A stretch of DNA of 33,139 nucleotides from a virus (lineage: Duplodnaviria > Caudoviricetes). The stretch is taken from IMG/VR virus record IMGVR_UViG_3300038556_000039, positions 1 through 33,139 of that record; one strand, written 5' to 3'. Both the position numbers and the translations under genes were made by a program. The notes under the pieces were generated by a model that was not told the origin of the DNA, ran no database searches, and was given only the letters and a program-made list of their open reading frames with translations. Positions 1 through 9,571 of this stretch are shown one piece after another; within the stretch, counting starts at the first letter, position 1, and every line of letters begins with the position of its first letter.

Positions 1-930
1 TTAAGGGACTGATAATTCTGCAAAATTGCAATAAGTGTTCGCCGGTGCCTCAAAAACGATGTACCGCCAAGGACCTTGCTTGTCTGATGGTATGGCAGCC
101 GTTTTGGCACCTACCGTTGCCTGCCCTGCCGGTATGGTATACAACAGCGTATAGCCTGTGTACTTGGTATTGGAACCGTAGAATTTGGCACCGTTACTTC
201 TGGCAGGTGACGATGGCGAAGGCGTAAAATTGATCGTTGCCACCGTTCGGCTGCTACCCAGGTCGTAACCCAACGCCGCACCAATGTTGGGCTGTCCGGC
301 ACTGATGTATTCGGTACTGTTGTTACCGTCGAAAACCTTGTCTTTCGTATTTGTGCCATTGATGGCAGGTGCAGCAAATGGCGTTGTATCCGTTACGCCA
401 ATGGTAGGTGCAGTACCAGCAGGTACGATTTCAACACCACTTATTCCCAGGTCAAAAGTCAATGCACGGCTTAGGTTCAGAACAATGGAAGAGCCAGTCA
501 CATCAACAGTATATTTCTTTCTTAGCGTGACAGGCTCAAACAAGAACTGTTTCAGTACCAAATTAGAATCCACGCTGGTACCGTTTAGCGAAATATTGTA
601 AGCTGTCGTGGTAGCGGGCCCCACCGTCGAATTGCTATCAATCAGGTACAGGTATACATCATACAGACCAGCCGCCACGGGAAAGGTCCAACTACAACTG
701 GTCACAAACACACCCGTATTGTAAAATGTAGGAACGTTGGTGTCCAGAACAACAGGAAAGGAGGTATTGAATGTGTTGGAAACCGTACCGGTCCGGTAGG
801 TCGTATCCGCAACCCAGCTTTGCCCACCGAACGTGCCCGAACCGTTCATCTTTGCCCGGATGGTAGTGGTTCCCGGAAGGCTGACACCACCCGAAGAAGC
901 CGCCGCCAGAATCATTTCAAACCATCCCAT
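1..930 (-). CDS. Putative receptor-binding/adhesin protein: malectin-like domain plus F5/8 type C (discoidin/CBM32-like) domain
   Basis: Malectin-like pattern (SWVADT...WTFPVAAGLYDVYLY...YNISLNG...ISGVEIV) followed by KVFDGNNSTEY...GYDLG...FYGSN...WRYIVF...FAEL; last gene of the tail module. Confidence 0.7.
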   Translation of the reverse strand: MGWFEMILAAASSGGVSLPGTTTIRAKMNGSGTFGGQSWVADTTYRTGTVSNTFNTSFPVVLDTNVPTFYNTGVFVTSCSWTFPVAAGLYDVYLYLIDSNSTVGPATTTAYNISLNGTSVDSNLVLKQFLFEPVTLRKKYTVDVTGSSIVLNLSRALTFDLGISGVEIVPAGTAPTIGVTDTTPFAAPAINGTNTKDKVFDGNNSTEYISAGQPNIGAALGYDLGSSRTVATINFTPSPSSPARSNGAKFYGSNTKYTGYTLLYTIPAGQATVGAKTAAIPSDKQGPWRYIVFEAPANTYCNFAELSVP

Positions 931-933
931 AGC

Positions 934-1905
934 CTAATTGAATTTAATGATTACCCATTCGTAATTCCAGGTGCCGGATACATTCCTTGCACGAACAGCA
1001 ATATTGAACTTACTGCTGGCTGCCAGGCTCAACGTTGCCACATTGCCACACCAAATTGAATTTGCTGGTAATGTTATCGTTCGTGTACTGGCATCGGTTG
1101 TTAAGGAAATCAGATATACCTTGTTTTGTCCCGGATTAACAACGGAAAAAGCGGCATTATGCGCCAGTGCCAACGTGGCCGACTTTTCCATGTAGTCAGC
1201 CATATCCAAAGCGATTGCCGTGGAAGAAACCAACGCTGTCTCTGTAGTATCAATTTGAGCACCGCCAATCAGCAAACTTTGCAGCGGAAAGGTATACTGG
1301 TAGTCAATGAAGGTTGTGACGTTGGTAAGTATGAGCAGAAAATTGCCTTCTTCATCAATTGAAAACGAAACGGTATAATTGTTTACTTCGTCATCGTTTC
1401 GCATGTTGAAATTGACATACTTACCCGTATCCAGGTTGTTGTTACGTGAAATGATTGACGAATTGAATTGAATCCGACTAGCAAAAGTTTTGGCTCCGGC
1501 AATACTTTGATTACCTGTCAGTTTCACTACATCTGCATCATTGGCTTTTAGTCCAAGTAACGTCAGGATAGTAGTGGAAAAATTCGGATCGTCACCCAAA
1601 GCAGCAGCCAACTCATCCAAGGTATCCAGAAGGGCAGGGCTGTTGTCTATCAGTGCCGAAATACGAGCCAATACATAATCCTTGACCTCCTTAGCATCGG
1701 GAAACTTGCCTACAGTACCAGCCGTCAAATCACTGGCAGATGCCTTGTCTGTGGTTTTGTTCACATACTGCGACAAATCATTGCCAGTTTGTGCTGCCGC
1801 AAAGTTGATCAGGTCAATGATCTTTGCCAATAACGGCAACGACCGAAGCCGTTGATTCGGTTGCAGCAATTCGGTAAACGCATCTACTAACTGTTGGGCT
1901 GTCAT
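934..1905 (-). CDS. Tail fibre protein
   Basis: Fibre motifs ISALIDNSPALLDTLDELAAALGDDPNF and VKLTGNQSIAGAKTF; position after baseplate genes. Confidence 0.8.
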   Translation of the reverse strand: MTAQQLVDAFTELLQPNQRLRSLPLLAKIIDLINFAAAQTGNDLSQYVNKTTDKASASDLTAGTVGKFPDAKEVKDYVLARISALIDNSPALLDTLDELAAALGDDPNFSTTILTLLGLKANDADVVKLTGNQSIAGAKTFASRIQFNSSIISRNNNLDTGKYVNFNMRNDDEVNNYTVSFSIDEEGNFLLILTNVTTFIDYQYTFPLQSLLIGGAQIDTTETALVSSTAIALDMADYMEKSATLALAHNAAFSVVNPGQNKVYLISLTTDASTRTITLPANSIWCGNVATLSLAASSKFNIAVRARNVSGTWNYEWVIIKFN

Positions 1906-1908
1906 AAT

Positions 1909-2211
1909 CTATCCGGCGTAAAAATCATTGTTGTCAAAATCGCGTGCATCAAAGTCTTCGGGTGGCAGGTTGGGTGAAGCAGCCTGAAGGCTGTTGACAA
2001 TCTTTAGTTTCCGTTCGGCAAAGTAATCCACCACTTCACGTGCCCGGTCGGGCAGATCAGTCACCACCTGCACTACTTTGCCTGGAAACAGATCGCTGTT
2101 TATATCCAGTCCGTTCAGGTCCAGGAAGGCAAAGAGCTGTTCCACGGTGCCGCAATTCTGCACCGTCACATCAAAGATGCTCTGCCGTGGATCGGATACC
2201 TGGTAAGTCAT
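1909..2211 (-). CDS. LysM-like baseplate/tail protein (gpX-like)
   Basis: QSIFDVTVQNCGTVEQLFAFLDLNGL...L.PG resembles a LysM fold; acidic DFxxxDFxxxDF tail. Confidence 0.6.
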   Translation of the reverse strand: MTYQVSDPRQSIFDVTVQNCGTVEQLFAFLDLNGLDINSDLFPGKVVQVVTDLPDRAREVVDYFAERKLKIVNSLQAASPNLPPEDFDARDFDNNDFYAG

Positions 2212-3077
2212 CAGGCTATTTTTTTAACGTAAGCCAGAACAATGTAAGGAGGCCGGTTTTCGTGCGCCTGCCCACTACCCAGGGCTGCCGTTTTCACGGG
2301 TGAAGACGTAGGATTGGTACCAATGTTATCCTGTGTCGAACCATCATCATAGCCGCCACCGTTGTTGAAAATACCCGAATTGATTTGCACATTCGGCAAC
2401 TGCGCCTGTGTAAGCGTCACCGTATCACCACCACCGGTATTGCCTACGGCACCATAGTTGCGCACCAAACCAGCCATGTTTGTAGGCAAATTGGCAGAGT
2501 CTTTATCAAAGCCCACCACAAAGCGGCCTTTCATGTTGGGTGTTGCGTTTTGCCCGTCGCACAAGGCCCAACCCAGCCACGCACCTGATCCCAGGCCGGT
2601 AGCCGTATCAAAGCTCACCACCGAATCTGTCATCAGAATGGAGCCGACCGGCATGATCGAATTACGCAGGATGGATTTGTAATACTGATCCTGCACGGCA
2701 TTGATGGTGACATACTCACCCGCCCCGGGTTCATCCGTAACGATCTCTGCTTTGTATTCTTTCACCGCCACCTTCACCGCGCCGGTTTTATAGGTTCGGC
2801 TGACATCCACGACACCTGACGAAATCACATACACCGGCAAGGTCACGTCCGCGACTGGCTCCACACGCTGAAACCTGCCGTCCAGGTACACCAGCCCCGC
2901 CGCAATGTTGAAGTTGCCCGGCGTAACTGCCGGTGACAGCTCACAGCCAATCACCACCATTGCATTGCCAAAGGCACGCACCTGTGCCGCTATGCTTTCT
3001 GTCAACTCCGACTGAAGCAACAGCAAGTCTTCGTTAAAAAACGGCCTGCCGCCGTCGTCTGCAAATATCTCTCTCAT
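2211..3077 (-). CDS. Baseplate/tail fibre protein with tail-collar domain
   Basis: MPVGSILM...GWALCDGQNATPNMKGRFVVG...TVTLTQAQLP...AHENRPPYIVLAYVKK collar motif. Confidence 0.8.
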   Translation of the reverse strand: MREIFADDGGRPFFNEDLLLLQSELTESIAAQVRAFGNAMVVIGCELSPAVTPGNFNIAAGLVYLDGRFQRVEPVADVTLPVYVISSGVVDVSRTYKTGAVKVAVKEYKAEIVTDEPGAGEYVTINAVQDQYYKSILRNSIMPVGSILMTDSVVSFDTATGLGSGAWLGWALCDGQNATPNMKGRFVVGFDKDSANLPTNMAGLVRNYGAVGNTGGGDTVTLTQAQLPNVQINSGIFNNGGGYDDGSTQDNIGTNPTSSPVKTAALGSGQAHENRPPYIVLAYVKKIA

Positions 3078-3562
3078 ATGATCTGAATTTCGTAGTTCTT
3101 GGTGGCTATCTTATACTGGTTTACGATGGCTCTGATCTGCTGCCGTTCCAGGGCTGAGACCGCTGCCGGTACCTGCACAATGAAGTCGTACAAACTTTCA
3201 CCCTCACTGCTGTTGGACAAAAACAAGCCGTCCCCTTCCAACACATTGTTGATGAATAGTTCGGTTTGCAGTTCGGGTTCGTTGAACACATACACTGCGT
3301 CCAGGCGCAGGCTATTGTTCAGTATCCGGATCAGGTTGGCAGCGGATGCAATGCGACGGTTCAGCAGGTTTTCCAGAATCTGCGTTTGTCCGTTGAGCTT
3401 GGCCCGGCTGTTGGAATCGGTTCGGAATGCCAGAAAGTCGGCATGGATAGCCATGAACGGCACCAGCAAAGCCCGCAAAAACGCAATCATCTTAGGCTTT
3501 TGCAGGTCAACCGGCAACAGCCTAAGAATCAGTTTGTCAATATCTATCTGTACTATTTTCAT
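3074..3562 (-). CDS. Baseplate wedge protein (gpI/gp48-like position)
   Basis: Follows the baseplate J-like gene with an ATGA overlap; DFIVQVP...IVNQYKIA C-terminus. Confidence 0.65.
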   Translation of the reverse strand: MKIVQIDIDKLILRLLPVDLQKPKMIAFLRALLVPFMAIHADFLAFRTDSNSRAKLNGQTQILENLLNRRIASAANLIRILNNSLRLDAVYVFNEPELQTELFINNVLEGDGLFLSNSSEGESLYDFIVQVPAAVSALERQQIRAIVNQYKIATKNYEIQII

Positions 3563-4368
3563 GCAGACACGAATTGTAACGTCTCTTCCAATGTGAAGCC
3601 TGCCGCTGTTTCGGCTTCGATGTATCCGGCCTTGGTTTCGTAGATACGGGTAAAGCCTTCACTCACCAGACCGCTCCACCCCTGAAGCTGTATCACTTCA
3701 ATGTCTTTGAAGCCTTCCACGGCCTGCATGGCATCAATCAACCGGATCACCTGCACGGTGCCATCAAACGGCAGGTTCTTCAGATAGGCTTTGATCCCGG
3801 CCACCAGGCGTGTCTTGAAATCGTTTTGCTCGTAGATGCCATCGTAATAAATCTTGGCATACACCCGCAACCGGTCGGCATTGAGTGAGACGATTTCAAT
3901 GTCCGTTCCGGCAAACCGCAACCGGTCAATGTACCCACCAAACTGTGTCAGCTCCGTAGGGGAAAGCGGATCAAGGGTATCCGGCAACGCACCGGCCTTG
4001 GCTACCTTCAGGAATAACTTGGAACCGGCCACCTTGTAGGCCGCCTGCGTGACGATCCGTTTGGTTTCATCAATGATCGGATAGGTAAGAATGCCACCCA
4101 CTTCGTAGAGCACGTCACCCGACTGGAATAATTTGGCCTTCAGCACATACCAGTTCGGCGTACCTACCGGCGCCTGATTGATCAGTAGTTCTATCTCTGC
4201 CTTGTGCGCGTCAAAGAAGTTTTCGTGCACCCAGATTGCCACGGCAGCCACATAGGCAACCAACCGGTAGATGGCAGTAATGGAAGTACTGGTGGCTTCA
4301 GCCAACGTGGCATCTGCCGCAATGCTGGTAAGTATCGAATCCCTGATCTGGTTAATTGTCCGTGCCAT
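3559..4368 (-). CDS. Baseplate J-like wedge protein
   Basis: MARTINQI...GTPNWY...FQSGD...YLKNLPFDG...LIDAMQAVEG pattern; synteny. Confidence 0.75.
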   Translation of the reverse strand: MARTINQIRDSILTSIAADATLAEATSTSITAIYRLVAYVAAVAIWVHENFFDAHKAEIELLINQAPVGTPNWYVLKAKLFQSGDVLYEVGGILTYPIIDETKRIVTQAAYKVAGSKLFLKVAKAGALPDTLDPLSPTELTQFGGYIDRLRFAGTDIEIVSLNADRLRVYAKIYYDGIYEQNDFKTRLVAGIKAYLKNLPFDGTVQVIRLIDAMQAVEGFKDIEVIQLQGWSGLVSEGFTRIYETKAGYIEAETAAGFTLEETLQFVSA

Positions 4369-4654
4369 AACTTGCTTCCACTGTTAAAGTACCTGTATTA
4401 TCAATAGACACCCGTTGCACATCCGCACCATCCGCTTCCAACTGTATCTGCATGGCATGCTTCACTGCCGTATTGCCATCATCTGCCAGCAACGCCTTGC
4501 GGATGTTCACCCCGAACTGAGGGTTTTCTTTCCAGTCACCGGTATTGCTCAAAGCAATCAGTTCAATGTGTTGCAGGTCGGATTGGCCTATCACCAAATC
4601 ACCATTGACGAATAATAAATCCAGGTTGTCATCCAATAAAATATCCTTTGTCAT
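4352..4654 (-). CDS. Baseplate gp25/gpW-like protein
   Basis: DILLD...GDLVIG.SD.QHI...GDWKENP.FGV.I motif; 100 aa. Confidence 0.75.
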   Translation of the reverse strand: MTKDILLDDNLDLLFVNGDLVIGQSDLQHIELIALSNTGDWKENPQFGVNIRKALLADDGNTAVKHAMQIQLEADGADVQRVSIDNTGTLTVEASYGTDN

Positions 4655-4848
4655 GTGATGGTACCGGTTTGGGTTGTGGCACTTCCTGTAGTTACTACCG
4701 TGCCCGTGCGCACAAACGCATCAATGGCATCGGTTAATTTTTCGGCAAACTGTTGGGCTGCCGCTTCCCCGCTTATCTCTTCGGTGTTCTTGAAATCTTC
4801 CAATATTTGCAGAATTGCGGCCTGCAACAAAGGCTTGTTTAACGGCAT
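4651..4848 (-). CDS. Small baseplate-associated protein
   Basis: Sits in the baseplate operon; FAEKLTDAIDAFVRTGTV. Confidence 0.6.
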   Translation of the reverse strand: MPLNKPLLQAAILQILEDFKNTEEISGEAAAQQFAEKLTDAIDAFVRTGTVVTTGSATTQTGTIT

Positions 4849-4861
4849 AAATCGTATCTTT

Positions 4862-5314
4862 TTACAGCCCGAAAATGGTTTTCAAATCCTGTTCAACCTG
4901 TAGAAAGGTTTGTAGGTTGGTTGGTGGCTTGCTTTCCCCTGCCGGTGTGGTGACCGTCATCAGTTTGATGGCACCCAGCAAATCCACCAGCACTTCACCC
5001 AGGTCCTTGCCATTGCGTTTGATGGTCACGCTATCGTACTCGCTACCCATCAGCATGATCCAGTCACCATTGTTGGCTATCTGTGCCACCAGAATGAAGC
5101 TGCCTACTTTGGGATACACCACCAGGCCGTCGTCCGTGGAATCGTCCGTGGCACGAAGGCGGATGTTAAAAACGTCCACCTCCGTATCCACAAACGCGGC
5201 ATCGCAAACCACCTTGTCTTTGTCCAGGCTTGTCACCCTGGCTACTCTGATCTGCGTAGCCGAATCCTGTGCCATGCGCTGAAACCCTTCACGAATGAGC
5301 TGTGGTATATCCAT
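4862..5314 (-). CDS. Baseplate spike/assembly protein (gpV-like OB fold)
   Basis: ARVTSLD...IRLRA...VYPKVGSFILV; follows the hub gene. Confidence 0.65.
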   Translation of the reverse strand: MDIPQLIREGFQRMAQDSATQIRVARVTSLDKDKVVCDAAFVDTEVDVFNIRLRATDDSTDDGLVVYPKVGSFILVAQIANNGDWIMLMGSEYDSVTIKRNGKDLGEVLVDLLGAIKLMTVTTPAGESKPPTNLQTFLQVEQDLKTIFGL

Positions 5315-6339
5315 TATACACTGATGTCAATTGGATTGATCGGAGCCACGGAATCTGCTGCCGTGCCTACGCTTACTTTGATTGCCACTTCGATTTCACG
5401 ACGGTAGCCATTGGCTGCACTGAAACTGGTACGCACCGAATCCACCAGGTACCTGCCGTTTCGTTCGGCATAGCGTTTGTCACTCAGTTCGATTACCTGC
5501 GTATGCTTTACCACCGGCAGCCCGAACGAAGTCACCGAACCCCGGTAGCCCTCGTACTTGTACCGGTCCAGTTCCGACTGTGCCCGTTTGCGCAATAGCT
5601 CCTTATCCGAAATCCCTCTGTAGTGCAGGGTTCGTTCCTCACCATCGTCATCACCTACCTGCACCTGCACTTTCTTGTTATCCTTCAGTAGACTGATGGC
5701 TTTGGCCTTCAGCCGCACATCATCCTTTCGTTTGTACTGTAGCGAATCACTCACCACGTTTGCCTGCAAATCCAGTATGGCAATTTCGTTGATCCGGTCC
5801 CAGTACGGAAGTCCGGCATAGAGCTGTTCGCCTCTGAAGTAGATTGCCATGCCGTATTTTTCCTTCAGCTCCTGTAACACCTTGGCTTTGGTGGCCCGTT
5901 CGATCAGAAAATTATCAATGGTCACATCCGGCGCTTCCGGATCAATCTTCACATTCGGCACCAGGTCTTTGAGCAGCTTGGAGACTTTGACCGACTTGTA
6001 ACTTTTGTTGATGTTCCCGTCACGCTTGAGCAGCCACATCCGGTCTTCACAGCGCAATTCAAACGGGTAGCCCGGCTTGATCTCTGCCACATAGCCTTCA
6101 AATTCGGTCACATACTGTTCATCATACCCAAGCTCCACTTTTACAGCCATTCCCACCTGGACACGCTGTTCAAAGCTGACTTCCTTCAGCTTGCTGTCCA
6201 CATTGATCACGCCACGACTGGGTATCTTGATCATGCATTTGTCCGACAGCTCTTTCCAGGTCGAAACAACATCCACACTGTGCACCGAATTCAGCACCAG
6301 GTTGTCAATCGTAATCCGGCAGGAAAGAGTGAAAGCCAT
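5314..6339 (-). CDS. Baseplate hub / late control gpD-like protein
   Basis: VELGYD...EFEGYV...CEDRMWLLK...GYRGSVTSFG.P...GRYLVDSV. Confidence 0.8.
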   Translation of the reverse strand: MAFTLSCRITIDNLVLNSVHSVDVVSTWKELSDKCMIKIPSRGVINVDSKLKEVSFEQRVQVGMAVKVELGYDEQYVTEFEGYVAEIKPGYPFELRCEDRMWLLKRDGNINKSYKSVKVSKLLKDLVPNVKIDPEAPDVTIDNFLIERATKAKVLQELKEKYGMAIYFRGEQLYAGLPYWDRINEIAILDLQANVVSDSLQYKRKDDVRLKAKAISLLKDNKKVQVQVGDDDGEERTLHYRGISDKELLRKRAQSELDRYKYEGYRGSVTSFGLPVVKHTQVIELSDKRYAERNGRYLVDSVRTSFSAANGYRREIEVAIKVSVGTAADSVAPINPIDISV

Positions 6340-6566
6340 TATTTTACCGTTACTGTATCTCCTAAAGAAAAAAGCTTATCCGAATAGTAGTAATACCCAC
6401 GCTGCCCGTCTGTGAGCACGTACAGGTATTTGCCATACTTCGGATCATTCACCACCTGTGCAGCTTCCACCTGCAAGGGTTCATCCACCAGTGCACGGCG
6501 CACGGACAGGCAGCTACTTAAAATGACGGCTGTGAGCATCAGACAAATGGAGCTAAATTTTCTCAT
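6339..6566 (-). CDS. Small predicted lipoprotein
   Basis: MRK followed by a hydrophobic core and lipobox LSSC; stop overlaps the next ATG. Confidence 0.6.
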   Translation of the reverse strand: MRKFSSICLMLTAVILSSCLSVRRALVDEPLQVEAAQVVNDPKYGKYLYVLTDGQRGYYYYSDKLFSLGDTVTVK

Positions 6567-6572
6567 GGTTGT

Positions 6573-7208
6573 TTATCGTTTAATTACCAGCTCTACCGGT
6601 TTATCACTGATGGCATTGAATTCATAGGCAAACACATTGTCATACCCTGCCATGTCCGGAAAATTCACATCCGTCAGGATCAGGTAGTGAATGTCAAGCA
6701 ATCGGAAGTATTCACACTCCACCTGCAATGCCTGGTTTTTGCGGAATAGCTTCACCTGCTTTTTCAGTTCTGTATAGGGGAAGTATCCGAACTCCGAATC
6801 CGGCGTGCCGGTAGTCGGTCCGATCACATACCCGCGCAGTTTCACGGCCCACATTTCAAAACTGACAATCTCGTTTACCACGTCGTCTTTGCCTGCAATC
6901 TTGGTACTGATCACATTCTTACGGCCACTCACTTCCACAATCAGGTTTGGCAGCTCCAGGCCGTCAAGCCGTAGCCTGGAAATAGCCACCGGACGATCCA
7001 CCACGGGTCTGCCTTGCACGGCCACGCCGTCTGCGATTGTCTTATCCAACCGAATGAACGGATTGGGCAGGTTAGCCAGGCCGAACGGCAAACCCGGAAA
7101 TGCCGACTTGTCAAAGTTGGTGGCAAAGTCCTTGGCTCCTGTCTGTTGGGCTGCTATGCCTGCACCAGGCCCCAAGGCCCGTTCCAGTATGACGTTGAAT
7201 TGCGGCAT
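6573..7208 (-). CDS. Tail tube initiator-like protein (DUF6046-like)
   Basis: VSGRKNVISTKIAG...VNEIVS...VKLRG...FNAISDKPVEL; immediately after the tape measure gene. Confidence 0.7.
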   Translation of the reverse strand: MPQFNVILERALGPGAGIAAQQTGAKDFATNFDKSAFPGLPFGLANLPNPFIRLDKTIADGVAVQGRPVVDRPVAISRLRLDGLELPNLIVEVSGRKNVISTKIAGKDDVVNEIVSFEMWAVKLRGYVIGPTTGTPDSEFGYFPYTELKKQVKLFRKNQALQVECEYFRLLDIHYLILTDVNFPDMAGYDNVFAYEFNAISDKPVELVIKR

Positions 7209-9037
7209 TATCCGGTTGCGATTTGGTTGGCTGAATTGGTTACCCGTAACATCATTTCCATCAGCATGGCTTCCACCTGGTTGGCTCCTTCGGTCAGGTT
7301 GGTTGTCTGAATGGTGATGCCACCTTTGTTCAATGCCTCAAAGCTGATGTATATATTTACCGGACGGCTGCCGCCACCGGTCACTTTTTCTGTTGTCTCT
7401 TTGTCTTTCTTATCCAGTTCATCCAACCGCTTTTGCGTGAACGGATCTTTTTTCGGCTTGGTCGGCCCCGTGGGATTTGCCACCCGGTTGGCTGCCCTGG
7501 TCGGTCGGTTTTCGGTTCCGGCCTTGGTTTTCAGTTCATCCGGAACCTTGCCACTTTGCAACTGATTCCACTTTTCACGAATGGTGCCTATCGGATTGGT
7601 CACGATGCCAAACGCATCCTTGGCAGCCATTTTCAGAATCGGGCTGTTACTGAATTTGTTGCCCACCCAGTCGGCTGCACCCCGGATCAAACCAAGGATG
7701 GCATTGATGTTTTTCAACGCATCGTTTACCAGTGGCATCACGGCCAACCCCAGTTCCATCATCAGATCATTGAACTGGTTCATCATCCGGTTGTATTCGG
7801 CCTGTTCGTTGGCACCCTTTGCCAATGATCCATCCAAGCCAATGCCCAACGAAGCGGCGTTCTTGGTTTGCTCAATACTGTCACGTAGTTTGTCCACATC
7901 CTGCACGAAGGATGATAAACCCAGCGTGGCTTCCTGATCCAGTCCCAGGCTATCCAGCAAACGAATCCGCTGTTTGGCGGTCAGCCCGTCGAAACGGGTT
8001 TTGAGCTGACTGGAAATATCCACCAGACTCCGCAGCTTACCCTGCTGGTCAAACAATTCAATTCCCAGTTTCTTGAACTCTTTCTGCCGCTTGCTATCCG
8101 ACAGGGCTTTGAACACGTTTTCCAGGGTAGTGCTTGCCTGTTCGGCCTTTAGACCTTGTGAGGTGTAAAAGGCAAAGGCCCCTGCCGTTTCCTTGAATGA
8201 CAATCCCAGGTTATTGGACAGCGGTATGATCTTGGGCAGGTAGTTGGCAAAGTCGGCAAACTCACCCTTGCCTACCTTCACCGCTCCAAACAAGGTATCC
8301 AACACCTCTTTGGCATTGGTATTGGCAGAGCCTACAGAGTTCATGGTATTCACCACGGCATCACTCACCACCTTTAAATCCGTCTGTGCCGCTTCGGCTC
8401 CTTTGAGCGAACTACGCAGGATGTCCATCGACAATTTGGCATCACCCACACCTGAAACAATCTGATTGAACGCGTCCGGCACCTGTCCAATGGCATTTTC
8501 AATACCGGATTCCCCTGCCAGTGTCTTTACTTCCTGGCTCAAGGCGTTCAGCTCCGATTTGCTCAAGCCCATCGTTACGTTCGCCTTTGCCATACCTGCA
8601 TTGAATGTTATGGCTTTGCGACCGGCATCCACCAGGGCAGTACCTGCGATGGCAGCACCTGCCGCCACCAGTCCCATCGGTGTAGCCACACCAGCCAGTC
8701 CGGCCACACCGGGAATACCCGACAGCGGTCCGCTGGTAAGAAAGCTCTGGACTTTGTTTTGGGTGCCTAACCCGGACAGCTTGCTGAGTTGCTTTTCGGA
8801 TGCCGCAATCTCGCGGTTGGCTTTGGCAAGCTCCTTCACATCCGTTGTCAGTTCGCGGATCACCTTCAGGTCGTCAATCTTTTTCCGGATGCCTTCAATG
8901 CTGCTAGGCAGGGCATTGGTTGTACGCTGAAACTGCCTGGCAGCACCATCAGCTTTCAGAAAGGCAGCCGCACCAGCGTTGAGCTGTGCCTGAATATTGC
9001 CTTTCAGATTAAACAACCATTCCAGTGAATTTGCCAT
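7208..9037 (-). CDS. Tail tape measure protein
   Basis: 609 aa Ala/Gly/Leu-rich helical protein with a TP901-type core (AVKVGKGEFADFANYLP...GLKAEQASTTL...LFDQQGKLRSL). Confidence 0.92.
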   Translation of the reverse strand: MANSLEWLFNLKGNIQAQLNAGAAAFLKADGAARQFQRTTNALPSSIEGIRKKIDDLKVIRELTTDVKELAKANREIAASEKQLSKLSGLGTQNKVQSFLTSGPLSGIPGVAGLAGVATPMGLVAAGAAIAGTALVDAGRKAITFNAGMAKANVTMGLSKSELNALSQEVKTLAGESGIENAIGQVPDAFNQIVSGVGDAKLSMDILRSSLKGAEAAQTDLKVVSDAVVNTMNSVGSANTNAKEVLDTLFGAVKVGKGEFADFANYLPKIIPLSNNLGLSFKETAGAFAFYTSQGLKAEQASTTLENVFKALSDSKRQKEFKKLGIELFDQQGKLRSLVDISSQLKTRFDGLTAKQRIRLLDSLGLDQEATLGLSSFVQDVDKLRDSIEQTKNAASLGIGLDGSLAKGANEQAEYNRMMNQFNDLMMELGLAVMPLVNDALKNINAILGLIRGAADWVGNKFSNSPILKMAAKDAFGIVTNPIGTIREKWNQLQSGKVPDELKTKAGTENRPTRAANRVANPTGPTKPKKDPFTQKRLDELDKKDKETTEKVTGGGSRPVNIYISFEALNKGGITIQTTNLTEGANQVEAMLMEMMLRVTNSANQIATG

Positions 9038-9246
9038 CAGGTAGAAGCTTGAATTTCGGATTGACGGATCACAATCAGGTCAGCATACCAGTTGAAAAAG
9101 GCAGCATCGGAAAGCAAATCCAGGTACTCATCCGTTTGTTTGTAGTAATACCGAAGTTGCGCATGGATCATGCGCAACAGGGTATCTGACAGAGGTTCGA
9201 TTTCACCACGGGTAGACTCACCCTGTGATGCTAGGAAATTTTTTTT
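9037..9246 (-). CDS. -1 frameshift extension of the tail assembly chaperone (gpGT-like); not in the ORF track
   Basis: The -1 frame reads open from the A8 run (KKNFLASQGE...LRYYYKQTDEYLDLLSDAAFFNWYADL...AST*); its TGA overlaps the tape measure ATG. Confidence 0.8.
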   Translation of the reverse strand, partial: KKNFLASQGESTRGEIEPLSDTLLRMIHAQLRYYYKQTDEYLDLLSDAAFFNWYADLIVIRQSEIQAST

Positions 9247-9536
9247 AGCTCTACTTTCTTGGTCTCTACCAGTTCAGTCAGCATCTTGGACAAACCAAAG
9301 AAATAATCATCATCGGTCAGAAACATTTCATCACCACCCAAAAAACAGTTCTTAACAATGATCTCATTCCACTTGATCGTATCCTCACCTGAACCTACGT
9401 TGGCAGCTCTGAGAATGTCCCGACTGGGTTTACGCAGGTAGCATACTTTGCCTTCAGATGAAAACTCGTACACAGCTCCGTGCTTTTTCTTCCACTCCTC
9501 AATTTGTTCAGGAGTGACTTTCGATGTTTGCGACAT
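9231..9536 (-). CDS. Tail assembly chaperone (gpG-like)
   Basis: Between tube and tape measure; EQIEEWKKKHG..CYLRKP; ends in slippery CTA AAA AAA. Confidence 0.85.
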   Translation of the reverse strand: MSQTSKVTPEQIEEWKKKHGAVYEFSSEGKVCYLRKPSRDILRAANVGSGEDTIKWNEIIVKNCFLGGDEMFLTDDDYFFGLSKMLTELVETKKVELKKIS

Positions 9537-9571
9537 GGTTAATTTTCGATTAAACCGTTAAAAGAATTTAT

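Noticed and set aside
1-3077. Diversity-generating retroelement or invertible tail-fibre cassette
   Set aside because: No reverse transcriptase, invertase, template/variable repeat pair or inverted fibre copy is seen in the window; such genes could lie outside it
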